A stretch of DNA of 60,790 nucleotides from a virus. Taxonomy: Duplodnaviria; Caudoviricetes. The notes beneath the pieces were generated by a model, which saw nothing but the letters and a program-made list of their open reading frames with translations, was not told the origin of the DNA and ran no database searches. The stretch is from the IMG/VR virus record IMGVR_UViG_3300025018_000166, positions 1 to 60,790 of that record; one strand, given 5' to 3'. Of the stretch, positions 1 to 9,771 are shown in pieces (the first letter of the stretch is position 1; each line of letters opens with the position of its first letter). The position numbers and the translations under genes are program-made.

Positions 1-20
1 ATTCCTGAGCCGGGGGGCGC

Positions 21-70
21 TTGACGTGCGTACGCACGACGCGTAGGATGTGGGTGGAGGTACGACCATG
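21..70 (+). promoter_or_regulatory. Class-1 promoter/operator/RBS cassette, copy 1
   Basis: TTGACG(21-26)-17 bp-TAGGAT(44-49), perfect 14-bp palindrome CGTGCGTACGCACG (25-38), GGAGG, ATG at 68. Confidence 0.85.
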
Positions 71-337
71 GCCGAAACCGTCATCGACTACACCCGCGCG
101 CGCCTCGGCAGCGGCAAGCGCAACCGGAAGGTCGAACGATGCCCGGAGTGCGGTCGCAAGGGGCAGATGCTACGGATGCTCGACCCCCGTTCCGGCGGCA
201 AGCCCCAACCGCCACGCTGGATCTGCACGCACGTCGAGCACCTGCGCAACGTCCACGGCATGCGGTTCTCGTCCGGCCGCGACGTCTGCACCGGCCGGAT
301 CATCGACGGCGAGTGCCGCACCCGGACGGCGGCTTGA
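68..337 (+). CDS. small Zn-ribbon protein, hypothetical
   Basis: ATG after the cassette RBS; CPECG plus further Cys/His; GC3-rich codons. Confidence 0.75.
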   Translation: MAETVIDYTRARLGSGKRNRKVERCPECGRKGQMLRMLDPRSGGKPQPPRWICTHVEHLRNVHGMRFSSGRDVCTGRIIDGECRTRTAA

Positions 338-338
338 C

Positions 339-524
339 ATGGCCGGTCCGAAGCACGGCATCCACGCCGCCCGCTACACCCGCTACTCCCGCGGCCAAAG
401 CCCCACCACCGGCCGCACCCGCTACGGGTACCGCGTCGAGTGCGCGTGCGGCTGGACGGAACGCGTGAACGGCACCCTCGCCGATGCCCGCAAAGCGTAC
501 AAGTGGCACCGCCAAGCCCCCTAA
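339..524 (+). CDS. small hypothetical protein (CxC...H)
   Basis: ATG 1 nt after the upstream stop; the track's extension back to 21 runs through the promoter. Confidence 0.65.
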   Translation: MAGPKHGIHAARYTRYSRGQSPTTGRTRYGYRVECACGWTERVNGTLADARKAYKWHRQAP

Positions 525-550
525 CCTAGACCCGGCACGGCCGGACGGAA

Positions 551-580
551 CGCCCCTCGCCCCGAGCGGGGGGCGCTCTT
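551..580 (+). terminator. GC hairpin terminator
   Basis: cgcccctcgc/gcggggggcg stem followed by ctctt. Confidence 0.5.
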
Positions 581-611
581 GTGCCACGCCTCGCGCCCCT
601 ACCGTGAGGGC

Positions 612-977
612 ATGAGCATCCGCGCGCGCCACGTCCTCGCGGCCCTGGTGGTCGCCCTCGCGATCCCCCTCGCCGCCGCTCAGCCCGCGTACGACGCCGA
701 GGTCGGCATCGAAGCCAGCACCCGCTTCGGCGTCCAACCGTACGCGCTCGTGCGCTTCCTGGTGCCACTCACCGACGCCGCCGCGTTCGGTCGCCTCTGG
801 TTCATGCCGGAGGTCGGCGCGTGGACGAACTGGGCGGGCATCCCCGAGCGCGGGTACGCCCGCGTCGGCGTGATCCTCGACGCCACGATCTTGACGGTGG
901 GCGCCGACGTGACGCAGCGGATCGGCGCCGGATGGACCGAATCGACCGCGCGCGCGTTCGTGCGCGCGTCCTGGTAG
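612..977 (+). CDS. exported protein, possible small outer-membrane beta-barrel
   Basis: signal peptide ending AAA-Q; alternating amphipathic strands; C-terminal Trp; TACCGT 6 nt upstream of ATG. Confidence 0.6.
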   Translation: MSIRARHVLAALVVALAIPLAAAQPAYDAEVGIEASTRFGVQPYALVRFLVPLTDAAAFGRLWFMPEVGAWTNWAGIPERGYARVGVILDATILTVGADVTQRIGAGWTESTARAFVRASW

Positions 978-981
978 CCCC

Positions 982-1599
982 GTGATCGCCGTAGCCCTCG
1001 ACGGGGTCGTGGTGGACACGTACGCCGCCCTCAGATCGCGCCTCGCGACCGTGATCCCGCACCTGCGCGACGGCGCACCCGCCATTCGTGACCTCACCGA
1101 CTTCGGCGCGAACCTGCCGCACGACGTCGCCGCGAGCGTGCGCGAGATCGCGCGCTTGGAACTCGCGAGCACCGGCCCTGGGAGCGTGTACGCCACCGCC
1201 ACCATCGTGCCCGGCGCCCTCGCCGCGTTGCGGTACATGCAGATGCGCAGCCTACTTCGCGCGTTCGTCACGCACCGGCCCGCGAGCACGGAACCCGCCA
1301 CGCACACGTGGTTGCGCGAACACGCGCTCACCCGCATCCCGCTCGTGCACGTGCCCCGCGAGCAGGGCAAGCACGGCGCGCTGCGCAGCCTACGAGCGGA
1401 CGTGATGATCGAGGACGACCCGAACGAGGCGCATCGCCTCGCGGAGCACGGCACGAGCGTGATCCTGCTCGATCAGCCGTACAACACCGCGCTCACGCAC
1501 CCGCTCGTGCTCCGAGCGCACGGGTGGTCGGGCGTGCTCGCGCTCCTGAAGGCGTTGCCGCTCGACGCGAGGGCGGGCCGTGACAAGCGGGGATTCTGA
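982..1599 (+). CDS. HAD-fold 5'(3')-deoxyribonucleotidase-like protein
   Basis: IAVALDGVVVD motif I (first Asp replaced by Ala), FVTHRP, MIEDD, DQPYN..RAHGW. Confidence 0.75.
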   Translation: MIAVALDGVVVDTYAALRSRLATVIPHLRDGAPAIRDLTDFGANLPHDVAASVREIARLELASTGPGSVYATATIVPGALAALRYMQMRSLLRAFVTHRPASTEPATHTWLREHALTRIPLVHVPREQGKHGALRSLRADVMIEDDPNEAHRLAEHGTSVILLDQPYNTALTHPLVLRAHGWSGVLALLKALPLDARAGRDKRGF

Positions 1600-1927
1600 C
1601 CCGCGGCGCGTGAACGACGCGCTGGATCTCGCGATGCGCAGCGTGCCGCCGTACGCGCACGTGACGTACCTCGCGCATCGCCTGAACCTGCGCGCGGATG
1701 CGCTGGTGGACGTGCGGTGGCAACCGATCCTGCACGCGACCGCGAACGTGCGGCGCGCGGTGATGCGATGCCCGAACGACGGTTGCGAGAGCACCGCCGT
1801 GAACGTGCAGCACATCCTCCTGCCCGAAACGATGCGGCGTTTGCCGAGCGCGGATCCGGCGGTGAAGGCGTACCTCGTCGGTCGCTGTTGGCGGTGCGGC
1901 ACCGTGCATTGGGCGGGTGTGGTGTAG
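1580..1927 (+). CDS. hypothetical Zn-binding protein
   Basis: CPNDGC and CWRC pairs; start uncertain (GTG 1610 is an alternative). Confidence 0.55.
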   Translation: MTSGDSDPRRVNDALDLAMRSVPPYAHVTYLAHRLNLRADALVDVRWQPILHATANVRRAVMRCPNDGCESTAVNVQHILLPETMRRLPSADPAVKAYLVGRCWRCGTVHWAGVV

Positions 1928-1961
1928 ACACCCGCCCCCACCGTCCCGTATCGTGGACGGC

Positions 1962-2774
1962 ATGCCTGCCAGGAACCCGCTCACCCCCCAAGAGATCGAG
2001 TACGTCAAGAACCAGTACCACCGGCACGGCAGCGCCGTGCTCGCCCGAACCCTCGGCCGATCCCGCTCGACCATCTGGACCGTCGCCCGCAACCACGGCC
2101 TAACCGGCGAGCAGCCCCCCAAGGACTTCATGCCGCTCCTCGAAGCCGCGATGGATCTCGGCACCACCCCACAAGCACTCCACCGCCGCGTCGCGGTGCA
2201 CCCTGACCCGAAGAAGATCTACACCGCCCGCAACGGCCGCGCGTACCTGCGCCGCTCGTACGTCACCACCCTCATCGAGCACTACGACGTCCGCACGTTC
2301 ACCGCCGACGCCCGCGACGCCGGGTACCTCACCGTCCGCGAGGTCGCCCACGAACTCGGCGTGCCCGTCAGCACCGTCCGGCAGGGACTACGGCACGGCA
2401 CCGGCGCCCTCGCGGACCTGCGCGGCGTCCGCGTCGTCTATGCCCCGTACGGGCCGAGGAAGGCGCAGCACGCGTACCTGTTCAACCCGCACGACGTCCT
2501 CGCGCTCGACATGCGGCGCCGCGCGCGCCTCGCCGCGCTTCGGCGAACGCACGAGCCGATCCAACGCGTCATTGACGACACCATCCCGAACCGGGGCCGA
2601 ATGGAGGGCCGAGCGTTCTACGCCTGCCTGCGCGCGCACGTTGCCGCCACCGGCGGCGCGATCCAGCACGAGTACCTGAGCGCCCGACGGCACACGTGGG
2701 TACCGCACGCAACCGCTGACCACCTGCGCAGCACGTTCGGAGCGGCATCCGCCGCCAGGAAGGAAGCCGCATGA
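1962..2774 (+). CDS. multi-HTH DNA-binding protein
   Basis: LARTLGRSRSTI, AAMDLGTT, YLTVREVAHELGVPVSTVR; TAGACA-18 bp-TATCGT 7 nt before ATG. Confidence 0.7.
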   Translation: MPARNPLTPQEIEYVKNQYHRHGSAVLARTLGRSRSTIWTVARNHGLTGEQPPKDFMPLLEAAMDLGTTPQALHRRVAVHPDPKKIYTARNGRAYLRRSYVTTLIEHYDVRTFTADARDAGYLTVREVAHELGVPVSTVRQGLRHGTGALADLRGVRVVYAPYGPRKAQHAYLFNPHDVLALDMRRRARLAALRRTHEPIQRVIDDTIPNRGRMEGRAFYACLRAHVAATGGAIQHEYLSARRHTWVPHATADHLRSTFGAASAARKEAA

Positions 2775-3037
2775 CGCTGCACGTTCACGCCCCTCGCCCG
2801 GATCGCGCGGTTCTCGCCCGCGGCGCGTGCTCGACCTGCGCCCGGCACACGTGGCAGGTGCACTTCCACACGCCCTGGTACGGCTGGGACCGTACGTGCC
2901 TGCGATGCGGTGACGCTTGGTAGGACGGCGAGCGCCACCCGCGCCCGTTCGCGCGCGGGTGGAGAACGCGCGCCATCGCCGCGGCCCGCGCGCGGTACCG
3001 CCACGCACGCAACGCGATCAAGGAGGGACGAGCATGA
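2771..3037 (+). pseudogene. Zn-finger protein gene interrupted by an in-frame TAG at 2921-2923
   Basis: ATGA-coupled at both ends (2771 and 3034); CSTC/CLRC; the frame continues after TAG as DGERHPRPFARGWR. Confidence 0.6.
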
Positions 3038-3429
3038 GCGCGCCCGAGCGCATCTACCTTCATTGGGGCGAGAGCTATCCCGGCTCGACCGATCCCGACG
3101 CGGACGACGTGACGTGGTGCGGCGACCGGGTCGAGCCTTACGACGTGGAGTACGTCCGTGCCGACCGCATCGAGGCGCTGGAAGCCGAAGCCGAGCGGCT
3201 ACGAGTCGAGTCGGACAACTACCGACAGGCGATGGCCGACGCGGTGAAGGTGAGCCTTGATGCCCTCGCCCTAGTCCCGGACCCGGAGGCGCTAAAGCGC
3301 GTCTGCCTTCTCGCCGACGAAGCCTTGAAGGTCGCGCCCGACGGCCCGCTCGGTGCACGTGCTGCGTTGGAGGAACACCTAACGCACGTTCGCGCCACCC
3401 TACCGACACCGAAGGAGGCACAACCGTGA
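3034..3429 (+). CDS. hypothetical phage protein (APERIYL..VTWC..VEYVRAD type)
   Basis: AGGAGG RBS; overlapping start/stop codons. Confidence 0.75.
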   Translation: MSAPERIYLHWGESYPGSTDPDADDVTWCGDRVEPYDVEYVRADRIEALEAEAERLRVESDNYRQAMADAVKVSLDALALVPDPEALKRVCLLADEALKVAPDGPLGARAALEEHLTHVRATLPTPKEAQP

Positions 3430-3893
3430 GCGCCCTAGATCACCTGCTCGACGCCGTACGCGCGACCAAGAACCCGACCGAGGCGCTGGTCGAGGATGTC
3501 CGCCGCGCGCACCAGGAAGCGCAGGGAACGATGGAAGCGGAAGCGGTCGCGCGCATCGCCACCGTCTGCCGCGAGTTCGGCATCGACCCCGACACCCTCA
3601 CCGCCGAAGAACTCGCGGACCGCGTCCTGATCACCACCCGCGAGGTCACGGTCGCCGCACCGAAGTTCATGGTCGTCACCGAGTACCACGCGCAGCAGAG
3701 CGCCGTGCACTACGACGCGCCGCGCGCTGCGAAGTTCATCGTCGGCCTCGAACTCACGTTCGAGGATCAACCCGCGCCCCTGCCACCTGCCGCCGCGTTC
3801 GTCGTGCACGGCGGACCGATCACCGAGGTACCCGCGACCCTCACGAACGGCACCCCGCACGCGCCGTTCCCGGCGCGGAAGGCGGACGCATGA
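3426..3893 (+). CDS. hypothetical protein
   Basis: AAGGAGG RBS; GTGA overlap. Confidence 0.75.
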   Translation: MSALDHLLDAVRATKNPTEALVEDVRRAHQEAQGTMEAEAVARIATVCREFGIDPDTLTAEELADRVLITTREVTVAAPKFMVVTEYHAQQSAVHYDAPRAAKFIVGLELTFEDQPAPLPPAAAFVVHGGPITEVPATLTNGTPHAPFPARKADA

Positions 3894-4378
3894 GCCGCGA
3901 CCTCGGCCCCCTGTTCGAGCACGGCGCCGAACCGTTCGAGCGCGCCGTCAACGACCTCAAGGCCGCGGCGGCGCCGCTCGTGCGTGTGACCATGGCGCCC
4001 GAACCGACACCGGCCACGACGCCGTCGTGGGCCGAGGACAAGTTCGGATGGTGCCTTTGGTACCTCAACGAGAACGGGCACCTGTACGTCGCGTTCCGCG
4101 AAGCCGCGGACGCGCTGTTCGAGCGGCACCCGACCGCGCGCACGAGCGCCGAAACGATCTTGCAGCACCTTCGCTACCTGACGCCCGCCACCGCCGAAGG
4201 CGACCCGTTCAAGATCAACAACAACGCCCGCAGCCTGTTCGCGCGCCTGTACCTCGTGGAGCGCCCCCAGTACCGCGATCAGTTCGAGCGCCGCACCAGC
4301 CACCTCGACCTGCTCAGCGGCTCCGAGAAGTGGGCGCTTGTGCGCGCCGCCGAAGCCGCCGCCGAGGCGAACCCGTGA
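3890..4378 (+). CDS. hypothetical phage protein (FKINNN..ARL..F..R type)
   Basis: ATGA overlap; typical codon bias. Confidence 0.75.
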   Translation: MSRDLGPLFEHGAEPFERAVNDLKAAAAPLVRVTMAPEPTPATTPSWAEDKFGWCLWYLNENGHLYVAFREAADALFERHPTARTSAETILQHLRYLTPATAEGDPFKINNNARSLFARLYLVERPQYRDQFERRTSHLDLLSGSEKWALVRAAEAAAEANP

Positions 4379-4629
4379 GGCGCCGCGCATTCGCGCTCGC
4401 CGCCGTCGCGGTGATCGCCGCGGGCGCCGGAACCGGCGTCGCGCTGCGCACCCTCGCAACCGCGCGGGCACCGGAACCCGAACCGCGCTGCACGCTGGAT
4501 CGCATGGAACGCCGCGTCGGCGCCCCGCAACTCAACCTGCGCGGGAACCCGATCATGGGTGGCGGACTCTACGAGGTCTGGTCGTGCGCGGGCTTCACCG
4601 TCCCCATCGTGCACTACGTCGGGCCATGA
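4375..4629 (+). CDS. small membrane-anchored protein
   Basis: GTGA overlap; hydrophobic N-terminus. Confidence 0.6.
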   Translation: MRRRAFALAAVAVIAAGAGTGVALRTLATARAPEPEPRCTLDRMERRVGAPQLNLRGNPIMGGGLYEVWSCAGFTVPIVHYVGP

Positions 4630-5030
4630 CGAACGTCGGCCTCGACCCGCGCCCGATGAACGAACGCCTCGAATGGGCGGACGCGGACCCGCTCGCGTAC
4701 GCGTACGGCGGCACGGACGACGTCGCCCGGTTCCTGATCGCGCTCAGCGAGGAGCCGTACGAACCCGAACGCGTCGCGCAGATCGACTACTCCCGCAGCG
4801 CCGCGGACCTCGCGCGCGTCGGTGCGCGCTTGCACCCGCGGTTCGACTGGTCCGGCGACCTCGCGGAGCGCGTCGCCGCGAACCTGCTCAGCAAGCCGCT
4901 CCTGAGCATCTGCAATCGCGCGGGCGCCCGCGGCGAACGGCGGTACATCGCGCACCTCAACGCGCTCGGCGTGATCGCCACCTACCGCCGCCGCATCGAG
5001 GCGGGCGCCGCGACCCTCACGCCACCCTGA
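4626..5030 (+). CDS. hypothetical protein
   Basis: ATGA overlap; codon bias. Confidence 0.7.
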   Translation: MTNVGLDPRPMNERLEWADADPLAYAYGGTDDVARFLIALSEEPYEPERVAQIDYSRSAADLARVGARLHPRFDWSGDLAERVAANLLSKPLLSICNRAGARGERRYIAHLNALGVIATYRRRIEAGAATLTPP

Positions 5031-5092
5031 CCCGTCCACGCAACGGGACGGCGCGTGCCATAATGGAATGGCAACACCCAGGAGGTTCGATC

Positions 5093-5398
5093 ATGCCGAC
5101 GCCCGACCCTGCACCCGCCCGCCTCACGCTCGAACACGCGGTCGCCATCGCGTACGCCCTCGGACGCACCGTACCCTCCGAACGCGACGCCATCGCGGAC
5201 ACGCTCAACGAGGACTTCGACACGCTCATGCGCCGCATCGCGTTCGACGGCCCCTACCCCTACGCAGCGCCGGAAACCGTGGGGATCGCGCTCACCACCG
5301 CCGAACGCACCCTCATCCGCGAGCACGTGGACACGTACCTGCCGGACGGGCCGCTCAAGACCAGCATCTTCGACGCGATCCCCGACCCGACCGCATGA
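5093..5398 (+). CDS. hypothetical protein
   Basis: CATAAT -10-like box and AGGAGG RBS upstream. Confidence 0.75.
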   Translation: MPTPDPAPARLTLEHAVAIAYALGRTVPSERDAIADTLNEDFDTLMRRIAFDGPYPYAAPETVGIALTTAERTLIREHVDTYLPDGPLKTSIFDAIPDPTA

Positions 5399-5916
5399 CC
5401 ACCGCACCCGCGCCCCTGATCGACGTCCTCGAACGCGACCGCACCCTGCACTTGCTCCAAGCATGGCGGGTGCACATGGAGGCGCCCACCACCGCCAACG
5501 AGGACGACAACGGCCTCGCGGACACGCTCCTGGACGACACCGACGACCACAGCATCCACCTGTACGCGTGCGGGTACCTCGCCGACCCCGTCGCGAGCGT
5601 CACGTACCGGCCGCACAAGAAACGCGTGCACGTCAACGGCCACTACTGGGAATGGCTCAACGACCCGCACGAAGCCGCACGCGTCACGCCCGCCCGCGTC
5701 CGCGAGTCCTTCCCGATCTACCTGCCGCTCGCGATGGTGCGCGGCATCCTCAAGCGCGGCTGGGCGAAGCACGGCAAGGTGCCGCTGCACGTCACCGCCG
5801 CCGCCGCCATCGCGCACCGCCTCACGCAAACCGAACGCGACATCAAGAACCACCGCGAGTCCATCCGCAGGCTCACCGACGAGCAGGAGGCGTACGCGCA
5901 TGCCCACACGCGCTGA
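5395..5916 (+). CDS. hypothetical protein
   Basis: ATGA overlap; codon bias. Confidence 0.7.
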   Translation: MTTAPAPLIDVLERDRTLHLLQAWRVHMEAPTTANEDDNGLADTLLDDTDDHSIHLYACGYLADPVASVTYRPHKKRVHVNGHYWEWLNDPHEAARVTPARVRESFPIYLPLAMVRGILKRGWAKHGKVPLHVTAAAAIAHRLTQTERDIKNHRESIRRLTDEQEAYAHAHTR

Positions 5917-6199
5917 TCGTCCGCCCCTCACCGCCCTCAAGGTAGCCGCCGCGAAGGTGCTCGGTCGCGCGCTCGCACCCACCGAACTCGCGATCTACAC
6001 GAGCCTTCATCGCGCGTGGCCGCGCCGCCTCACGCCGCGCAAGATCGCGAACGAACACCTCGGCGGGGGCCTCACGTACGCCGGGATCGACAGCGCCCTC
6101 CGGCGGATGGTGGAGCGCGGCCTGCTCGAACCCGACGGCGCCGGACGCGAACGCGTGTACGACTTCCCCGAAGCCATCATCGCCGAGGCGCGCGCATGA
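5900..6199 (+). CDS. winged-helix DNA-binding protein
   Basis: LTPRKIA..IDSALRRMVERGLL..GRERVY; AGGAGG RBS. Confidence 0.65.
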   Translation: MPTRADRPPLTALKVAAAKVLGRALAPTELAIYTSLHRAWPRRLTPRKIANEHLGGGLTYAGIDSALRRMVERGLLEPDGAGRERVYDFPEAIIAEARA

Positions 6200-6507
6200 G
6201 CGCGCCGCACCGGAAGCACGCCGCGATCATCGTCACCGCGCCACCCGAGAACTTCGTCACCGACTTCGACGTCCTGACCGTGACCGCGCCGCGATGGGTG
6301 GACGCCCTCATCGACGGCAAGACGCGCCGCATCCAGGTCGAGGACACGATCCCGCTCACGACGAGCCTGCACGACGCGCTCACGCTGCTGTGCAACGCCG
6401 CCGTCGAGGACTCCGCGACGGGCGGACCGCTCACGCGTCGCTACGGCGCGCAACCCCTCGCGGACGCCGCCCTGATCGTTCGCACCGCTATGGGCGAACC
6501 CGCATGA
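6196..6507 (+). CDS. hypothetical protein
   Basis: ATGA overlap. Confidence 0.65.
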   Translation: MSAPHRKHAAIIVTAPPENFVTDFDVLTVTAPRWVDALIDGKTRRIQVEDTIPLTTSLHDALTLLCNAAVEDSATGGPLTRRYGAQPLADAALIVRTAMGEPA

Positions 6508-7046
6508 TGGAGGAGCCGCCCATGACCCTCACGTTGCCGCCCGCACCGCGATTCACGGACACCGAGCGGCGCTTCCTGCTCGAAGCCGAGCAGTTCGGCG
6601 CGGTACAGATGGTGCCCGACCTCGCGATCTCGGAAGCCATCGACGGCGACGCGATCCTCGCGCACGCGTTCGAGAAGGTGTCCCGGCAGGTGCGCGACGC
6701 CGCCGCGGTGCGCACGCCGGTGCTGTACTCGAAGAACCCGGTGCCCTGGCACGGGGGCAGCATCGAGATCCGCGCGCGATCCTTCGACGTGCTCGCCGCC
6801 TTCCGCGCGCTCGCGAACGCGTACGACCAAGCAAACGCCATCCACTTGGCCCTGGCCGCAGCCCACGACCGCAACGCGTTCGTGGGCGCCGTCACGCTCA
6901 AACCGGACGCGCCCGCGCTCACGTGGGCCGCGACCGCCGCGCGCGCCGAAGCCGCCCGCGCCCACCACGACGGCGACGCCGAAGCCGCCCGCGCGTGGCT
7001 CGACCGCGCGACCGCGTTCGATGCCGCCGCGAAAGCCGCACGATGA
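6504..7046 (+). CDS. hypothetical protein
   Basis: ATGA overlap; alternative start 6522 after GGAGGAG. Confidence 0.7.
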   Translation: MMEEPPMTLTLPPAPRFTDTERRFLLEAEQFGAVQMVPDLAISEAIDGDAILAHAFEKVSRQVRDAAAVRTPVLYSKNPVPWHGGSIEIRARSFDVLAAFRALANAYDQANAIHLALAAAHDRNAFVGAVTLKPDAPALTWAATAARAEAARAHHDGDAEAARAWLDRATAFDAAAKAAR

Positions 7047-7423
7047 ACCCGCGCACGTACCGCAAACGACCCGTCCTGATCGAAGCCGCGGGACCGATCA
7101 CCACGTACCACGACGCGCGCGCCGTCGCCGACTGGATCGTGGTGCACGGTGGCACCGCGGAACCAGAGCGGAACGGCATCGCCGTCCTCACAGCCGAAGG
7201 CACCATGATTGCAAGGTTCGGCGATTACGTCATCCGCGGCGTGGCGGGCGAGTTCTACCCGTGCAAGCCTGACATCTTCGCCGCCACGTACGATGCAGCC
7301 ACCGGCGACGACGTCGGCGGACCCACGACCGTCGTCAAGAGCATGGAGAACGAGATCCAGCACTTGCGGCACCACCTTCGTCGCATCGCGAGCGAAGTCC
7401 AGGAAGCCTTGGAGGAAGCATGA
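7043..7423 (+). CDS. conserved phage protein (PGDYG-like)
   Basis: YRKRPVLIEA...TAEGTM...GDYVIRGVAGEFYPCKPDIFAATY, a widespread phage signature. Confidence 0.8.
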   Translation: MNPRTYRKRPVLIEAAGPITTYHDARAVADWIVVHGGTAEPERNGIAVLTAEGTMIARFGDYVIRGVAGEFYPCKPDIFAATYDAATGDDVGGPTTVVKSMENEIQHLRHHLRRIASEVQEALEEA

Positions 7424-7662
7424 GCATCGAAGTGAACCCCGTCCTGCCCGTCCCGAAGTTCCTGCCCGGCCGCATCGTGGAGTACCGCGCACCGGACGGC
7501 GACCGCATGCCCGTCCGCATCGTCGCGGCGCGCATCGAAGCCGACGGTAGCGACCTCGACCGCTTCCAGACGGTGTACCTCTGCGAGTGGCGCACCCGCG
7601 ATCAGCACATTCATCGCGTGCACATTCCCGAAACCAGCCTCGCGCACGTCGGCGGCGAGTAG
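7420..7662 (+). CDS. small SH3-like hypothetical protein
   Basis: GGAGG RBS; ATGA overlap. Confidence 0.65.
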   Translation: MSIEVNPVLPVPKFLPGRIVEYRAPDGDRMPVRIVAARIEADGSDLDRFQTVYLCEWRTRDQHIHRVHIPETSLAHVGGE

Positions 7663-7703
7663 GCGCAAGTGGCCGAGCGGCAACGCGTGAGGACCGGGCG
7701 CCC

Positions 7704-9764
7704 GTGACCATCACTCGCGGGCGCCCCCGCATGCCCGACACCCGGTTCCGCACGCTCAACGCGACGCGCACCGTCGCCGAGGAGTCGTTCCGGCCGACAC
7801 CCGTGTTCCAACCGTCGGACCTCACGACCCTCGACGCGTTCGTGCGCGCGTCCGGCATCCGCCCGGAAGGCATCGGTGGCGGCAGGCACGACCTCACCCA
7901 GCGTCCGCACCTGCGCGCGCTGTACGCCGAGCATCGCGACCGCCCGTACCGGCGCCTCGTGATCATGAAAGCCGCGCAGATGGGCCTCACCGTGAAGCTC
8001 ATCTACCGCGCGGCGTGGCTCACCGCCGACAGCCGCCGCCGCATGAACACCGCGCTCATGTTCCCGACCCTCGACGCGGTCCTCGACCTGCACCGATCCC
8101 GCTTCCGCCCCATGATGCAGAGTTCGAGCAAGATGATGAACCTCGCCGCCGACGTGGACGCCGTCGGCCTCGTGCGCCTCGGCGTGAGCACCATGCGCTT
8201 CCGCGGCATGCGCTCCGGCATCGGCGTGGACTCGTTCCCCGCCGACGCGATGCTCTTTGACGAAGTGCGCCTCATGGACTTGGCGACCATCGAACGCGCG
8301 TTCGTGCGCGTCAGCGAGAGCACCATTCGCGATCCCGTCACCGGGCGCCGCGGCCTCATCGAACTCAACAGCACGGCGGGCTTCCCCGGCATGGACATTC
8401 ACCGCTACTTCGAGCGCAGCACCATGAACTGGTGGCGAACGCCGTGCTCGAACGCGGCGTGCAAGAATCACACGAAGGGCATGATCCTGCCGCTGCTGTG
8501 GCCGGAGATCGTCCGCGAAACACCCGACGGCCTTCGGTACGCATGCCCCGAGTGTGGCCGCGTGATCGAGGACGAGTGGATGTTCAGCCAGGGCTGGTAC
8601 CAGCCCGAGCAGCCGGGCGCCGAGTGGGAGGGGTACCAGTTCAGTCAGATCCTCAAAGGGCAGGGCGGACTCCCGGACCTGTGGAGCGCATGGACGCGCG
8701 GCGACAACCGCGCCGAGTTCTACAACAGCCGCCTCGGACGCCCGTACAGCGACCCGGACGCCGTCCCCGCACCCCGTGACGTGGTCATGGCTTGCAAGCG
8801 CGACGACCTGCGCCTCATTCACGATCCCGACGACGTGCGCGGCGACTGGGTCAGCCTCGGCCTCGACCAGCGCGCCCCGGAGAAGCACGTGCTCATCTAC
8901 CGCGTCGGCCGCGGCGGCACGTACGACGTGCTGCACGCGGGCGTGATCGAGGCGTCCGGCCGTGACGCGGTGGAGCAGGTGGCGGCGCTCGCGCGCCGAT
9001 GGCACGTGAAGATCGTCGTTGCCGACGGCGAACCGTCGTACGACTTCGTGAAGGACTTGGGCAACGAACTTGGGAGCATGGTGTGGCTCGCGGACTACAC
9101 CACCGGCGACCGGCCGTACCCGATTGAATGGCTCGACCATCGCGACAAGGAATCGCTCAGGAAGGCAAGCGGTGAGGTGAAATGGGCGCAACGCGTGCAC
9201 CTCGACCGCTACAAGGCGCTGGACTGGGCGCTCGCGCTGTTCGGTGTGCAACGCATGGCGCTTCCGGTGGACTTCGAGGAGTTGCGGCAGGCACGACGCC
9301 TCGGCGGGGTCGTGCAGACCGTCAGCATCGCGGACGAGTATTACCGGCACATGGAGAACATCGCGCGCGCGACGATCCCGCGCACGATCAAGCTCGCGAA
9401 CGGCGAGACGGTCGTCACGAACGAGGTCACGCGCATCTACCGGCACCTGGCGGTGGATCCGCACTTCGCGCACGCGCACCTGTTCGCGTGCGCGGGCTTG
9501 GAGCGCGCGCATGGCGGCACGAAGGCGTGGCTCGGTCGCGACGTCGAGCGCGGCGTGCCATCGCAGCTTGACGCACTCTCGCCGTTGCCGCCGTCGCAGG
9601 TCGCGCGCGAGCAGCGGCAAGCGATGGAGCACACGTGCGGCACGTGCCAGTACATGCGCGGCCTGATCGGGGACACGGGCCGGTGCGGGCTTCCCGCGAA
9701 TCAGTTCATGGACTTGCGCGTGACGATGACCACGCCGAAGTGCAACGCGTACCGGAAGAAGTGA
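7704..9764 (+). CDS. terL: terminase large subunit, GpA family
   Basis: KAAQMGLT Walker A variant, MLFDEV Walker B, STAG, CxxC pairs, FYNSRLGRPY, nuclease GLDQ..DPHFAHA; start 7704 or 7731. Confidence 0.88.
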   Translation: MTITRGRPRMPDTRFRTLNATRTVAEESFRPTPVFQPSDLTTLDAFVRASGIRPEGIGGGRHDLTQRPHLRALYAEHRDRPYRRLVIMKAAQMGLTVKLIYRAAWLTADSRRRMNTALMFPTLDAVLDLHRSRFRPMMQSSSKMMNLAADVDAVGLVRLGVSTMRFRGMRSGIGVDSFPADAMLFDEVRLMDLATIERAFVRVSESTIRDPVTGRRGLIELNSTAGFPGMDIHRYFERSTMNWWRTPCSNAACKNHTKGMILPLLWPEIVRETPDGLRYACPECGRVIEDEWMFSQGWYQPEQPGAEWEGYQFSQILKGQGGLPDLWSAWTRGDNRAEFYNSRLGRPYSDPDAVPAPRDVVMACKRDDLRLIHDPDDVRGDWVSLGLDQRAPEKHVLIYRVGRGGTYDVLHAGVIEASGRDAVEQVAALARRWHVKIVVADGEPSYDFVKDLGNELGSMVWLADYTTGDRPYPIEWLDHRDKESLRKASGEVKWAQRVHLDRYKALDWALALFGVQRMALPVDFEELRQARRLGGVVQTVSIADEYYRHMENIARATIPRTIKLANGETVVTNEVTRIYRHLAVDPHFAHAHLFACAGLERAHGGTKAWLGRDVERGVPSQLDALSPLPPSQVAREQRQAMEHTCGTCQYMRGLIGDTGRCGLPANQFMDLRVTMTTPKCNAYRKK

Positions 9765-9771
9765 CGACCGC

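Noticed and set aside
2921-2923. Genome-wide TAG recoding
   Set aside because: Several well-bounded genes end in TAG (977, 1927, 7662, 39795, 52034) and no suppressor tRNA is seen
7043-7423. Anti-defence nucleotide-sponge assignment
   Set aside because: The family is recognisable as a common phage protein, but I cannot assign that function without a search
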